A stretch of 64,000 nucleotides of DNA from an uncultured Clostridium sp. (lineage in GTDB: Bacteria; Bacillota; Clostridia; Lachnospirales; Lachnospiraceae), in assembly GCF_900547735.1 (NCBI RefSeq), contig NZ_URHZ01000017.1, positions 5,679 through 69,678 on the forward strand, written 5' to 3'. The translations under genes were made by a program, and so were the position numbers. The notes under the pieces are model-generated. The model was not told the origin of the DNA and ran no database searches. It saw only the letters and a program-made list of their open reading frames with translations. Below are positions 1-12,614 of the stretch, one piece after another (the first letter of the stretch is position 1; each line of letters starts with the position of its first letter).

Positions 1-699
1 GCGGAAAATGTGGCGGAGCGGTTTGGAATCAGCCGTGACGAACAGGACCGATTCTCGGCAGAGAGCCAGCGCCGGGCGGCGGCCGCCATTGAAGCCGGTT
101 ATTTCAAGGAAGAGATTGTTCCGGTGGAGGTGAAGGAGAGAAAGAAGACGTTCCTTTTTGACACGGACGAATTTCCGAAACCGGCCACGACGGCGGAAGT
201 CCTGGCAAAGCTTAAACCGATTGTAAAGCCGGACGGGACCGTTACGGCGGGAAATTCCTGCGGGCTCAATGACGGAGCGGCCTGCCTGGTGCTGATGAGC
301 GGCAGAATGGTAAAAGAGACGGGGGCAAAGCCGATAGCCAGGATAGCCGGAATCATGTCGGCTGCCCTGGACCCGGCCATCATGGGATACGGGCCGGTAA
401 AAGCCACGGAGAAACTGCTGAAAAAGCTGGGAATGACGGTCTCTCAAATTGATTTGGCGGAGCTGAATGAGGCGTTTGCCTCCCAGTCGGTTGCCTGTAT
501 CCGAGATTTGGGCCTGAATCCGGAAAAGGTGAATGTAAACGGCGGGGCAATTGCCCTGGGACATCCTCTGGGATGCACGGGAGCGCGCCTGCTTGTCACG
601 CTAGTCCACAATTTAAAACGCACCGGAGGCCGGATTGGCCTTGCAACACTCTGCATCGGAGGCGGCCAGTCCATGGCGGCGGTAGTGGAGATGGTTTAA
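1..699 (+). CDS. Acetyl-CoA acetyltransferase (thiolase), C-terminal part; 5' end lies outside the window
   Basis: Thiolase motifs [16 protein letters not shown] and C-terminal LCIGGGQ. Confidence 0.95.
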   Translation, partial: AENVAERFGISRDEQDRFSAESQRRAAAAIEAGYFKEEIVPVEVKERKKTFLFDTDEFPKPATTAEVLAKLKPIVKPDGTVTAGNSCGLNDGAACLVLMSGRMVKETGAKPIARIAGIMSAALDPAIMGYGPVKATEKLLKKLGMTVSQIDLAELNEAFASQSVACIRDLGLNPEKVNVNGGAIALGHPLGCTGARLLVTLVHNLKRTGGRIGLATLCIGGGQSMAAVVEMV

Positions 700-808
700 A
701 GAAAACGCTTTAATGATTATGGAAAATACAGAGTAAACGGAATTCCTGAAAATGGAAATTAATGTGGGGAAGCGTTACTTTATGTGAAAGAGCAAGAGAG
801 GTATAATT

Positions 809-1699
809 ATGAATGCAGAAGAAATAAGAACGGTTGCCGTGATTGGCGCCGGGGCGATGGGGCAGCAGATTGCGATGAATACCGCCCTGAACGGCAGAAG
901 CCGCGGTTACAGGGTAATTCTGTGCGACAGCTTTAAGCCGGCGGTGGAGAAAGCCGGAAAGTGGGCGGAGGGTTATCTGGCGGGCCGCGTCCTGAAAGGA
1001 CGCCTGACACAGGAGGAAGCAGACCGGATCGCGTCAAACTTCACGGTTACGGAGGATGTGGAGGGGGCGGCGGCCGAAGCTGATATTATCATTGAGGCGG
1101 TTATTGAGAACCTGGAGGTCAAACGGGAGCTGTTTGGGAAAATCAGCAGGCTCTGTAAGCCGGATACGATTCTGGGCACCAACAGCTCCAATATCGTAAG
1201 CTCCAAGCTGGCGGATGTGACGGTGAACCCGGAGCGCCTTTTAAATGTACATTATTTTAACCCGGCTCTTGTCATGCAGTTGGTGGAACTTGTGAAAGGT
1301 TCTCATACGTCCACGGAAACCATCGAGACTGCCAGACAGTTTGCACTTAATACGGGAAAAGCGCCCATTGTGATTAACAGAGAAATTGCCGGATTTGTAG
1401 CAAACCGCATTAATGCCGCCGTAGTACATGAAGCTCTGTCGCTTCTGGAAAAAGGGGTGGCGTCGGTGGAAGACATTGACACGGCTTGTGAGAAGGGGCT
1501 TGGCTATCCCATGGGCCCGTTCCGTCTGATGGATTTAACGGGAATTGATGTGAATTATTATGTGCGGGTAGATCGCTTTGCGGAGAGCCATGATCCGTTC
1601 GATGCGCCGAATCCGCTCGTGATTGAGAAATTTGAAAAGGGTGAGTACGGAAGGAAGACCGGCAGGGGCTGGTATGAATATCCGGATACTTCAAAATAA
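809..1699 (+). CDS. 3-hydroxyacyl-CoA (3-hydroxybutyryl-CoA-type) dehydrogenase
   Basis: Rossmann GAGAMG, EAVIE..K, TNSS, HYFNP, GFVANR, GYPMGPF, GRKTGRGWY; purine-rich RBS upstream. Confidence 0.92.
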   Translation: MNAEEIRTVAVIGAGAMGQQIAMNTALNGRSRGYRVILCDSFKPAVEKAGKWAEGYLAGRVLKGRLTQEEADRIASNFTVTEDVEGAAAEADIIIEAVIENLEVKRELFGKISRLCKPDTILGTNSSNIVSSKLADVTVNPERLLNVHYFNPALVMQLVELVKGSHTSTETIETARQFALNTGKAPIVINREIAGFVANRINAAVVHEALSLLEKGVASVEDIDTACEKGLGYPMGPFRLMDLTGIDVNYYVRVDRFAESHDPFDAPNPLVIEKFEKGEYGRKTGRGWYEYPDTSK

Positions 1700-1753
1700 C
1701 AGTAATAGAATAATTTGGGGTTAAAGTAGCTGACGAAAGAAGGGGGAACAAAA

Positions 1754-3079
1754 ATGACATCAAGTACAATAGCCATTATTATTACTATAATTACAATGAT
1801 TCTTTTCTTTATCAATAAATTTCCAATGAGTGTGGTAGCCTGTATCAGCACTCTTGCAATGGGTATCCTGATTCCGGAGATGAAACTCTCACAAATCTAT
1901 TCGGGATTTGGCGGAAGTTCGATTGTGATGGTGGCCGGAATGTGTATTGTCGGCGATGCATTATTTCAGACGGGAATTGCACAGAGAATAGGAGCGAAAA
2001 TTGCATCGACTCCCATTGCAAAAAATGAGAGAGTATTTATTGTTGCTATCGTTATAATCTGTACGATAATGAGTGCGTTCTTATCCAACTCAGGCTGTAT
2101 CGCTATGTGGATGCCGATTATTGCATCCATTGCTGCAGGTTCTAAAGGAAAAATCCGCTCTAAGATGGTTATCTTTCCTGCTGGAATTGCCTGTATTATC
2201 GGAGGTGCCTGTACTCTGGTGGGTTCGGTTTCACAGGTTACTGCAAATTCCATTTTAATGGGATACGCAGGCTATGAGGAAGGTCTGGGAGTATTTGATA
2301 TGAGCCGCGTCATGGTTCCGGCGGCGATACTTCAGGTGGTGTTCTGGGCGACCATTGGTTATTCACTGTTAAGATGGGCATTGAAACCCGGCAGTCCGGA
2401 TTTCGACAAGAATAATTCTTTTGCCAACCCGTCGAATGCTGCGGCCCAAACTATGACGGACATTCCGAGATGGAAGGGAACTCTTTCAGTTGTCGTTCTC
2501 ATCGGATGTATTGTACTTTTTATCCTCTGCGGTTTTGCTCCGTTCAAAAATTATTTTAATATTGCAAATATTGCTCTTCTTGGTGCAACCATACTTTTTG
2601 CAACCGGCTGTGTTCCTGTAAAATCGACATTGGCTGAACTGCCCTGGGATGTATTAATTTGTATTGGCGCAATCACAGGCCTTGGCACGGGACTGGATGC
2701 CTCAGGCGGCGGTGCGATTATTGCAAACTTTGTATTAAATATGTTTGGCGGAGAAAGCGCATCGGTGATTGTTCTTACAGTCGTTATTACAGTACTGACC
2801 AGTGTGCTTACACTTTTTATGCAGAATGGAAGCGTGGCCGCCATGTTGACCCCAATTTGTATATCCATGGCACTGGCGCTGGGGATTAGTCCCGTTCCTT
2901 GGGTAATCGTAATTGCTATTGGAACAAACCTTGCGATTGCCACACCAATCGGAACTGCTGTAAATATGCAGATCCTGCCTGCCGGATATACATTTAAGGA
3001 CTTTGTTAAAATCGGAGGGCCTCTGTTTGTCCTGCTGGTGGCAGCAGTATCGGTTTTGAGCTGCACAATTCTTTTCTAA
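1754..3079 (+). CDS. SLC13/DASS family (di/tricarboxylate or anion) permease
   Basis: Highly hydrophobic; SNT-like motifs SAFLSNSG and FMQNGS; TPIGTAVN and GYTFKDFVKIG C-terminal signature. Confidence 0.85.
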   Translation: MTSSTIAIIITIITMILFFINKFPMSVVACISTLAMGILIPEMKLSQIYSGFGGSSIVMVAGMCIVGDALFQTGIAQRIGAKIASTPIAKNERVFIVAIVIICTIMSAFLSNSGCIAMWMPIIASIAAGSKGKIRSKMVIFPAGIACIIGGACTLVGSVSQVTANSILMGYAGYEEGLGVFDMSRVMVPAAILQVVFWATIGYSLLRWALKPGSPDFDKNNSFANPSNAAAQTMTDIPRWKGTLSVVVLIGCIVLFILCGFAPFKNYFNIANIALLGATILFATGCVPVKSTLAELPWDVLICIGAITGLGTGLDASGGGAIIANFVLNMFGGESASVIVLTVVITVLTSVLTLFMQNGSVAAMLTPICISMALALGISPVPWVIVIAIGTNLAIATPIGTAVNMQILPAGYTFKDFVKIGGPLFVLLVAAVSVLSCTILF

Positions 3080-3139
3080 TTGGGAAAGAATGTGTAAAGT
3101 CTGCCGGAATAAAGATACGATAAATGAATAATGCAAAAG

Positions 3140-3201
3140 AAATTCCAGAGGCAAAGCCGGTTTTCGAAAAAGAGGGCCGGTTCCCCCTCTGGAGTTTTTT
3201 T
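3140..3201 (+). terminator. Probable intrinsic terminator after the permease
   Basis: TTCCAGAGG...CCTCTGGAG stem with nested CCGG arms, followed by a T7 run. Confidence 0.6.
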
Positions 3202-3315
3202 AACAAATAAACTTTACCTTTGTAAAGCGCTAATGCATATAAATGGACGGATTTTGACAAAATGTCACCTATTGGCATAGAATTGTATGAATTTTATCAT
3301 TTTTATAACATTTAA

Positions 3316-3344
3316 TAGACAAGTCTGAAGTAAATAGTTATAAT
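3316..3344 (+). promoter_or_regulatory. Sigma-A-type promoter of the V-ATPase operon
   Basis: TAGACA (3316-3321), 17-bp spacer, TATAAT (3339-3344). Confidence 0.7.
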
Positions 3345-3531
3345 AGTATACAAATGTGCGGAGAGAAATGAGTTTTGCATGGTTTGATGAATGGAAAAAG
3401 CAGGCTTGAACTATAATAAAACAGATAGAATTCAACATTTCATGGGGAGCTGCACATGCTGTACCATCATCGGAGGATTCCGGGAGATGGTAATTTTTTT
3501 AACAAATATCAGAAGCTAAGGTGGTGAGGAG

Positions 3532-3840
3532 ATGGTCAAGGACACGATCCAGGCCGTAAAAGAAGCAGAGGAAAAAGCTGCTGAGATGATTGGGAAAGCA
3601 TCTGAAGAGGGGAAGAATCTGATTGGGAAGGCGAAGGAAGATGCTTCGCAGATGCGCGAATCAGCCCTTAAGGAAGCCAGGGAGAAAGCCGGCAAGGTCC
3701 GGGAAAAGCTGGCCGAGGAAGGCGAGCAGTATCTGCAGGAATCAGTTGCGGCGGCCGAAGAGGATATCGCTTCCCTGAAGTACAATGCCGGGAAGAAGAC
3801 GGAGGAAGTAATTAATAAGGTTATTTCCGAACTTATTTAG
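3532..3840 (+). CDS. V/A-type ATPase peripheral stalk subunit G/H (NtpF-like)
   Basis: 102-aa Glu/Lys/Ala-rich coiled coil, first gene ahead of subunit I. Confidence 0.85.
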   Translation: MVKDTIQAVKEAEEKAAEMIGKASEEGKNLIGKAKEDASQMRESALKEAREKAGKVREKLAEEGEQYLQESVAAAEEDIASLKYNAGKKTEEVINKVISELI

Positions 3841-3875
3841 CGGCATATTAGCAGAACGTTAGGAGGGATGCGGAC

Positions 3876-6360
<2,485 letters not shown>

Positions 6361-6391
6361 TACGATAAACTTAAAGTAAGGAGAGTTTAGA

Positions 6392-6985
6392 ATGACCGGA
6401 TTAGACAAAATCATAAGTCAAATCCTTGAAGATGCAGGCAAAGAAGCGCAGGAAATTTCCGAGAAAGCAAAAAGCGAGGTTCAGTATATTCTGGAAGACG
6501 CCAAAGAGGGCTGTAAAAAAATTGCGGAGGAGAACGACGTAAAGATGGCCGGAGAGGCCACAAGCTATATGGAGCGAATCAAATCTTCCGCAGAACTGAA
6601 AAAACGCCAGTCCGTGCTGCTCGCAAAACAGCAGGTTATCACGGAGATGCTGAATCAGGCATATGAAACGCTGCTTGGAAAAGAGGGCGAAGAATATTTT
6701 ACTCTGATTGAGAAAATGCTTAATAAATTTGTCCTGCCCAAAGAGGGTGAGATTTATTTTTCAAAGAAAGACCTGGACAGAATGCCACAGGGATTTGAAG
6801 CTGTAATTGAAAAGGCGGCTTCTTCTAAGGGCGGAAGCCTGGTTCTTGTAAAGGAACCGAAAAACATAGACGGAGGTTTTATTCTTGTCTATGGAGGTGT
6901 TGAGGAGAACTGTTCATTCAAAGCGCTGCTTGCGGCGAGGAGAGATGAACTTTCTGATAAGGTACATGCATTGTTATTTTCATAA
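6392..6985 (+). CDS. ntpE: V/A-type ATPase subunit E
   Basis: MTGLDKII coiled-coil start; IDGGFIL...EENCSF motif; operon position. Confidence 0.92.
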   Translation: MTGLDKIISQILEDAGKEAQEISEKAKSEVQYILEDAKEGCKKIAEENDVKMAGEATSYMERIKSSAELKKRQSVLLAKQQVITEMLNQAYETLLGKEGEEYFTLIEKMLNKFVLPKEGEIYFSKKDLDRMPQGFEAVIEKAASSKGGSLVLVKEPKNIDGGFILVYGGVEENCSFKALLAARRDELSDKVHALLFS

Positions 6986-6996
6986 AGTGTAACCGC

Positions 6997-7057
6997 GTAA
7001 CTGTTCGGACGGCAGGATACCGCGAAGCGGTAATGCATAAAGGTACCGAACGGTTAT
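6997..7057. repeat. Palindromic REP-like intergenic element between ntpE and ntpC
   Basis: GTAACTGTTCGG...CCGAACGGTTAT arms enclosing a TACCGC-GAA-GCGGTA hairpin. Confidence 0.6.
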
Positions 7058-7076
7058 TACCGAGAAGGAGGATCAT

Positions 7077-8054
7077 ATGTCTGATACAAAATATGCCTAT
7101 GCGGTTGCACGAATCCGTGCGATGGAACTGTCGCTTTTTTCCGCTGCCACACTGGATCAGCTGATGGCCCTGAAAACGTATGAGAGCTGCCTGCAGTTTC
7201 TTTTAGAGAAGGGCTGGGGAGACCAGGATACGGCCCAGGACGCGGAAGCGATCCTGGCAAAGGAGAGGGAAAAAACGTGGAATGTGGTCAGAGAGCTTCT
7301 GAAGAAGGAGGACGCGGGCATTTTAAACGTGCTGTCCTACGAGAATCTCTTCCACAATCTCAAGGCGGCAATCAAGGAAACGGTCACTTCGGATCACCAT
7401 GGGAACATCTATTTTGACAACTGTGCCGTGAACGGCAGGGAGATGGCCCGCATCGTGGCGGAACGTGACTGGCAGGCGCTTCCGGCCAATATGAGGCCGG
7501 CGGCGGAGGAAGCCTATGAGACATTCCTGCACACGAGGGACGGACAGCTCTGCGATATTATCGTAGACAGGGCGGCTCTGGAAGCAATCTATGCGGAGGG
7601 GGAGAAATCTAAGGACCCGGTCATCAGGGCCTATGCCGAATCCACCGTAGCGGTTGCCGACATCAAGATCGCCGTCCGCTCACAGAAAACCGCAAAATCA
7701 CTTGAATTTATAAAACGGGCAATGGCTCCCTGTGCGGGCTTAAGCGTCACCCGCCTCAGTTCGGCGGCGCTCTCCGGCATGGATGCCATCTGCGAATATC
7801 TGGAAGGTACTGCATATGCAGGCGGCGCCGAGGCGCTGCGTGAATCGCCGTCGGCTTTCGAGCGCTGGTGTGATAACCAGCTCATGGAGGCGATCAAACC
7901 GCAGAAGTATAATTCATTTTCAGCAGGACCTCTGGTAGCCTACGTGCTGGCCAGGGAGAATGAGATAAAGACAGTCAGGATTATTCTGACGGCCAGGCTG
8001 AATGAGCTTCCTGAGGAGCAGATCCGGGAAAGGATAAGGGAAATGTATGTATAA
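7077..8054 (+). CDS. ntpC: V/A-type ATPase subunit C
   Basis: YAYAVARIRAME start; AYVLARENEIKTVRII...[10 protein letters not shown] end. Confidence 0.93.
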   Translation: MSDTKYAYAVARIRAMELSLFSAATLDQLMALKTYESCLQFLLEKGWGDQDTAQDAEAILAKEREKTWNVVRELLKKEDAGILNVLSYENLFHNLKAAIKETVTSDHHGNIYFDNCAVNGREMARIVAERDWQALPANMRPAAEEAYETFLHTRDGQLCDIIVDRAALEAIYAEGEKSKDPVIRAYAESTVAVADIKIAVRSQKTAKSLEFIKRAMAPCAGLSVTRLSSAALSGMDAICEYLEGTAYAGGAEALRESPSAFERWCDNQLMEAIKPQKYNSFSAGPLVAYVLARENEIKTVRIILTARLNELPEEQIRERIREMYV

Positions 8055-8370
8055 AGCAGCAGTGATGGGCGACTACGACAGTATTTACGGCTTTGCGGCG
8101 CTCGGACTGGATACATTTTCTGTATCCGGCCAGGAGGATGCTGAAAAAATGCTTCAGAAGCTTGCCGGCAATGAATATGCAGTCATCTATATTACGGAAG
8201 CCGTGGCGGCCGGAATTGGCCGCGCCATAGCAAAATATAAAGAAAGCCTGCTTCCTTCCATCATCCTGATACCGGGAATTTCCGGTAATACGGGAAAAGG
8301 CGTGGAAGGCGTTAAGAAATCGGTGGAGCAGGCGGTCGGTTCCGATATCCTTTTCGGAGGAAACCAGTAG
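8047..8370 (+). CDS. V/A-type ATPase subunit F (NtpG in Enterococcus nomenclature)
   Basis: [16 protein letters not shown] and VEQAVGSDI motifs. Confidence 0.93.
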   Translation: MYKAAVMGDYDSIYGFAALGLDTFSVSGQEDAEKMLQKLAGNEYAVIYITEAVAAGIGRAIAKYKESLLPSIILIPGISGNTGKGVEGVKKSVEQAVGSDILFGGNQ

Positions 8371-8443
8371 CGGGACCGGGGAAACTGTCCGGCGGGAACG
8401 CCGCGGCGGCCATATTGTTAAGAAAGGTGGGTGTGACCTTCCA

Positions 8444-10213
8444 ATGAGCAAAGGTACGATTAAAAAAGTGGCAGGCCCTCTGGTTATTGCACAGGGGATG
8501 AGAGATGCCAATATGTTTGACGTGGTCCGCGTAAGCAGCCAGCGTCTGATCGGTGAGATTATTGAGATGCACGGAGACGAGGCCTCCGTTCAGGTATATG
8601 AGGAGACATCCGGACTGGGGCCGGGAGAGCCGGTAGAGTCGATAGAAGTTCCGCTTTCCGTAGAGCTGGGGCCGGGACTCATCGCCAGTATTTACGACGG
8701 TATCCAGAGACCTCTGGATGAGATCATGAAAGTGACGGGGAGCAACAACCTGAAAAGGGGTGTTGAAGTTCCTTCCCTGAACCGCGAGAAGAAATGGGAG
8801 TTTGTTCCCACGGCCAAGGCCGGTGATGAGGTTGAGACCGGTGATATCATCGGTACCGTGCAGGAGAGTATTGTAGTAGTTCAGAAGATTATGGTGCCTT
8901 ACGGAATCAAGGGCACGATAAAAGAGATTAAGGGCGGTGAATTCACCGTGGAAGAGGTTGTGGCTGTCGTTACCACGGATGAGGGTGACAAAGAGCTTAC
9001 CATGATGCAGAAATGGCCGGTCCGCAAGGGACGTCCTTATCTGAGAAAACTTCCGCCGGAGACTCCGCTTGTGACAGGACAGCGTGTAGTAGACTCTTTC
9101 TTCCCAATCGCCAAGGGCGGCGTTGCAGCCGTTCCCGGACCGTTCGGAAGCGGAAAGACCGTTATCCAGCATCAGCTTGCTAAATGGGCCGAGGCGGATA
9201 TCGTGGTTTATATCGGCTGCGGCGAGCGTGGAAATGAGATGACCGACGTTCTGAATGAGTTCCCGGAACTGAAAGATCCGAAGACCGGCCACTCCCTGAT
9301 GGAGCGTACCGTTCTGATTGCCAACACTTCCGATATGCCGGTTGCAGCCCGTGAGGCGTCCATCTATACCGGTATTACAATTGCAGAGTATTTCCGTGAC
9401 ATGGGCTTTTCCGTGGCGCTGATGGCCGACTCCACATCCAGATGGGCTGAGGCCCTCCGTGAGATGTCGGGACGTCTGGAGGAGATGCCGGGCGAGGAAG
9501 GCTACCCTGCTTATCTGGGAAGCCGTCTGGCCCAGTTCTACGAGCGTGCCGGTCATGTGGTATGTCTCGGCAAGGATGGAAGAGAAGGCGCCCTGTCCGC
9601 GATCGGAGCCGTATCCCCGCCAGGCGGTGATATTTCCGAGCCGGTATCCCAGGCGACACTGCGTATTGTAAAGGTATTCTGGGGACTGGATTCTTCCCTG
9701 GCTGCAAAACGCCATTTCCCGGCCATCAACTGGCTGACAAGCTATTCACTTTACGTGGACAGCATGGGTAAATGGTTTGATGAGCACGTAGACAGCGAGT
9801 GGATGGAAAACCGCCAGAAGATGATGAGCCTGTTACAGGAGGAATCAGAGCTGGACGAGATCGTTAAGATGGTTGGTATGGATGCACTTTCCCCTTCCGA
9901 CCGGCTTAAGATGGAGGCGGCCCGTTCCATCCGTGAGGACTTCCTGCACCAGAACTCATTCCATGAGATTGACACCTATACTTCCCTGCGCAAGCAGTTC
10001 CTGATGATGAAGCTGGTTATGGCGTTCTACGAGGAATCACAGAAAGCGTTAAACGATGGAGCTTCGGCAAACGGACTCATCAAGATGGCCGTCAGGGAGC
10101 AGATCGGACGATTTAAATATACGACAGAAGACAATATAGAGACGGAATACAAGAAAGTTTTAGATGAACTGGCAAAAGAAATTGCCGACGTATTAGGAAA
10201 GGAGGACTTCTAA
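8444..10213 (+). CDS. ntpA: V/A-type ATPase catalytic subunit A
   Basis: P-loop [38 protein letters not shown]. Confidence 0.98.
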   Translation: MSKGTIKKVAGPLVIAQGMRDANMFDVVRVSSQRLIGEIIEMHGDEASVQVYEETSGLGPGEPVESIEVPLSVELGPGLIASIYDGIQRPLDEIMKVTGSNNLKRGVEVPSLNREKKWEFVPTAKAGDEVETGDIIGTVQESIVVVQKIMVPYGIKGTIKEIKGGEFTVEEVVAVVTTDEGDKELTMMQKWPVRKGRPYLRKLPPETPLVTGQRVVDSFFPIAKGGVAAVPGPFGSGKTVIQHQLAKWAEADIVVYIGCGERGNEMTDVLNEFPELKDPKTGHSLMERTVLIANTSDMPVAAREASIYTGITIAEYFRDMGFSVALMADSTSRWAEALREMSGRLEEMPGEEGYPAYLGSRLAQFYERAGHVVCLGKDGREGALSAIGAVSPPGGDISEPVSQATLRIVKVFWGLDSSLAAKRHFPAINWLTSYSLYVDSMGKWFDEHVDSEWMENRQKMMSLLQEESELDEIVKMVGMDALSPSDRLKMEAARSIREDFLHQNSFHEIDTYTSLRKQFLMMKLVMAFYEESQKALNDGASANGLIKMAVREQIGRFKYTTEDNIETEYKKVLDELAKEIADVLGKEDF

Positions 10214-11587
10214 ATGCCAAAAGAGTATAGAACCATACAGGAAGTAGCCGGTCCTCTGATGCTGGTGCGCGGCGTTGAGAATGTTACTTATGATGAACTG
10301 GGAGAGATCGAGCTGGCAAGCGGCGAGACAAGGCGCTGCAAGGTGCTGGAGATCAACGGAAGCGACGCTCTTGTACAGTTATTTGAGAACTCAACCGGTA
10401 TTAACCTTTCCAACAGCAAGGTGCGGTTCCTCGGAAGAACGATGGAGCTGGGCGTATCGGAAGATATGCTGGGCCGTGTATTCGACGGTCTGGGCCGGCC
10501 GATCGACGGAGGCCCCGATATCCTGCCGGAGGAGAGAAGAGACATTAACGGACTGCCGATGAACCCGGCGGCCAGAAGCTACCCGGAAGAGTTTATCCAG
10601 ACCGGTATCTCGGCCATTGACGGACTGAATACCCTGGTCCGCGGCCAGAAACTGCCGATTTTCTCGGCATCCGGCCTTCCCCATGCCAATCTGGCGGCTC
10701 AGATCGCAAGACAGGCAAGAGTGCGCGGAACCGATGAGCAGTTCGCCGTAGTGTTCGCCGCTATGGGTATCACATTCGAGGAGTCCAACTTCTTTATTGA
10801 GAGCTTTAAAGAGACAGGCGCGATTGACAGGACCGTACTTTTCGTCAACCTGGCAAACGACCCGGCCGTAGAGCGTATCGCAACACCGCGAATGGCCCTG
10901 ACCGCGGCCGAGTACCTGGCATTTGAAAAAGATATGCACGTACTTGTAATCCTGACCGATATCACAAACTACGCAGACGCCCTGCGTGAGGTTTCCGCAG
11001 CCCGTAAAGAGGTTCCGGGACGCCGTGGCTATCCGGGTTACATGTACACCGACCTTGCTTCCCTCTATGAGAGAGCAGGACGCCAGAAGGGCAAATCGGG
11101 TTCCATTACGATGATTCCGATCCTGAGCATGCCTGAGGATGATAAGACTCACCCGATCCCCGACCTTACCGGATATATTACCGAGGGCCAGATTATTCTG
11201 AGCCGTGAACTTTACAGAAAAGGCATTACACCTCCAATCGACGTACTGCCGTCCCTGTCACGATTAAAAGATAAAGGTATCGGCGAGGGTAAGACGAGAG
11301 CCGACCACTCCAACACGATGAACCAGTTGTTTGCCGCTTATGCCCGAGGCAAAGAGGCAAAAGAGCTGATGGTAATCCTGGGCGAGGCCGCACTTTCCGA
11401 TATCGATCTGATTTACGCCAAATTTGCGGACGCCTTTGAGAAAGAGTACGTTTCCCAGGGCTACACGGCAAACCGCGATATTGAAGAGACACTGAAGATT
11501 GGCTGGAAACTCCTTTCCATTCTTCCGAGGGCGGAGCTGAAACGTATCGATGACAAATTCCTGGATCTCTACTATGGGAAAGACTAA
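10214..11587 (+). CDS. ntpB: V/A-type ATPase subunit B
   Basis: [46 protein letters not shown]. Confidence 0.98.
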   Translation: MPKEYRTIQEVAGPLMLVRGVENVTYDELGEIELASGETRRCKVLEINGSDALVQLFENSTGINLSNSKVRFLGRTMELGVSEDMLGRVFDGLGRPIDGGPDILPEERRDINGLPMNPAARSYPEEFIQTGISAIDGLNTLVRGQKLPIFSASGLPHANLAAQIARQARVRGTDEQFAVVFAAMGITFEESNFFIESFKETGAIDRTVLFVNLANDPAVERIATPRMALTAAEYLAFEKDMHVLVILTDITNYADALREVSAARKEVPGRRGYPGYMYTDLASLYERAGRQKGKSGSITMIPILSMPEDDKTHPIPDLTGYITEGQIILSRELYRKGITPPIDVLPSLSRLKDKGIGEGKTRADHSNTMNQLFAAYARGKEAKELMVILGEAALSDIDLIYAKFADAFEKEYVSQGYTANRDIEETLKIGWKLLSILPRAELKRIDDKFLDLYYGKD

Positions 11588-11629
11588 AGACTGAAGACCA
11601 AAGAGTAGGGACGAAAAATAGAATAGTTA

Positions 11630-11810
11630 GTTACTGTCCGCAGAGAATATTCCGCGAGGCGTTTTTTGTGAGTGAAGCGAAGCGCAAGTCACAGACAGCG
11701 GGCCCCTTTGGGTCAAACCCGAGGACAGCAGCGCGAAACGGCATTTTTGCCGTTTCTGTGCATCGCAAAGCGTCCTTCTGTTACTGTACGCGGAGCGAAC
11801 AGTAACAGAA
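11630..11810. repeat. About 180-bp structured REP/MITE-like element between ntpB and ntpD
   Basis: Begins GTTACTGTCCGC and ends with hairpin TTCTGTTACTGTACGC-GGA-GCGAACAGTAACAGAA; related arms at 55074-55110 and 6997-7057. Confidence 0.6.
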
Positions 11811-11824
11811 AGGAGGTGATTGCC

Positions 11825-12496
11825 GTGGCATCTACACAGGTGAACCCAACCAGGATGGAGCTTACAAGGCTCAAGAAAAAACTGGTGACGGCCACGAGAG
11901 GCCATAAGCTTCTGAAGGATAAACGAGACGAGCTGATGCGGCAGTTTCTGGATCTGGCAAGGGAGAACATGGCCCTGCGCCTTAAGGTGGAAGAGGGGAT
12001 CAGAAGCGCCAACAAGAATTTCGTCATTGCAAAGGCGGGAATGTCTGAGCAGGCGCTGAACGCCGCCCTGATTGCGCCCAAGCAGGAGGTATACCTGGAG
12101 ACCGGAAAGAAGAACGTCATGAGTGTCGATATCCCGGTGTTTGAATATAAGACGAGAACGGCAGATGAGAATGATATTTATTCTTATGGATTTGCCTTTA
12201 CTTCGAGTGACCTGGACGGCGCCGTCAAATCCCTGGCGGATATCCTGCCGGATATGCTGAAGCTGTCCGAGACGGAGAAGGCCTGCCAGCTCATGGCAGC
12301 CGAGATTGAGAAAACCAGAAGGCGCGTAAACGCCCTGGAGCATGTCATCATCCCGGAGACGAAGAAGAACATCAAGTATATTACAATGAAGCTGGATGAG
12401 AACGAGCGAAGTACCCAGATCCGTCTGATGAAGGTGAAGGATATGATGCTTGAAGAGGCTCATCATTACAAGGAAAAGCAGGTAGCTGCAGAATAA
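11825..12496 (+). CDS. ntpD: V/A-type ATPase subunit D; likely start is the GTG at 11825
   Basis: NPTRMEL...RGHKLLKDKRDEL and KTRRRVNALEH motifs; AAGGAGGTGA SD precedes GTG 11825. Confidence 0.95.
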   Translation: MASTQVNPTRMELTRLKKKLVTATRGHKLLKDKRDELMRQFLDLARENMALRLKVEEGIRSANKNFVIAKAGMSEQALNAALIAPKQEVYLETGKKNVMSVDIPVFEYKTRTADENDIYSYGFAFTSSDLDGAVKSLADILPDMLKLSETEKACQLMAAEIEKTRRRVNALEHVIIPETKKNIKYITMKLDENERSTQIRLMKVKDMMLEEAHHYKEKQVAAE

Positions 12497-12512
12497 TAAG
12501 TAAATAAGAAAT

Positions 12513-12572
12513 TGAGACCGGCCGACGTCTGTAGTATAGAGGATACAGATGGCGGCCGTGTCTGCCTTTTTA
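12513..12572 (+). terminator. Probable terminator of the ATPase operon
   Basis: AGACCGGCCG..TCTGTA / TACAGA..CGGCCGTGTCT stem followed by a T tract. Confidence 0.55.
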
Positions 12573-12614
12573 CAAAAACATAAGACTGTATTTTGTTTTT
12601 ATGAGGTATTACAT

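Noticed and set aside
8312..9715. 467-aa minus-strand ORF (also 10391-11152 and 11627-12466)
   Set aside because: Antisense shadows of the conserved ntpA/B/D genes, expected from codon bias; no motifs or SD.
11672..11824. N-terminal extension of ntpD in the ORF track
   Set aside because: Runs through a repeat element; the SD and conserved start are at 11825.
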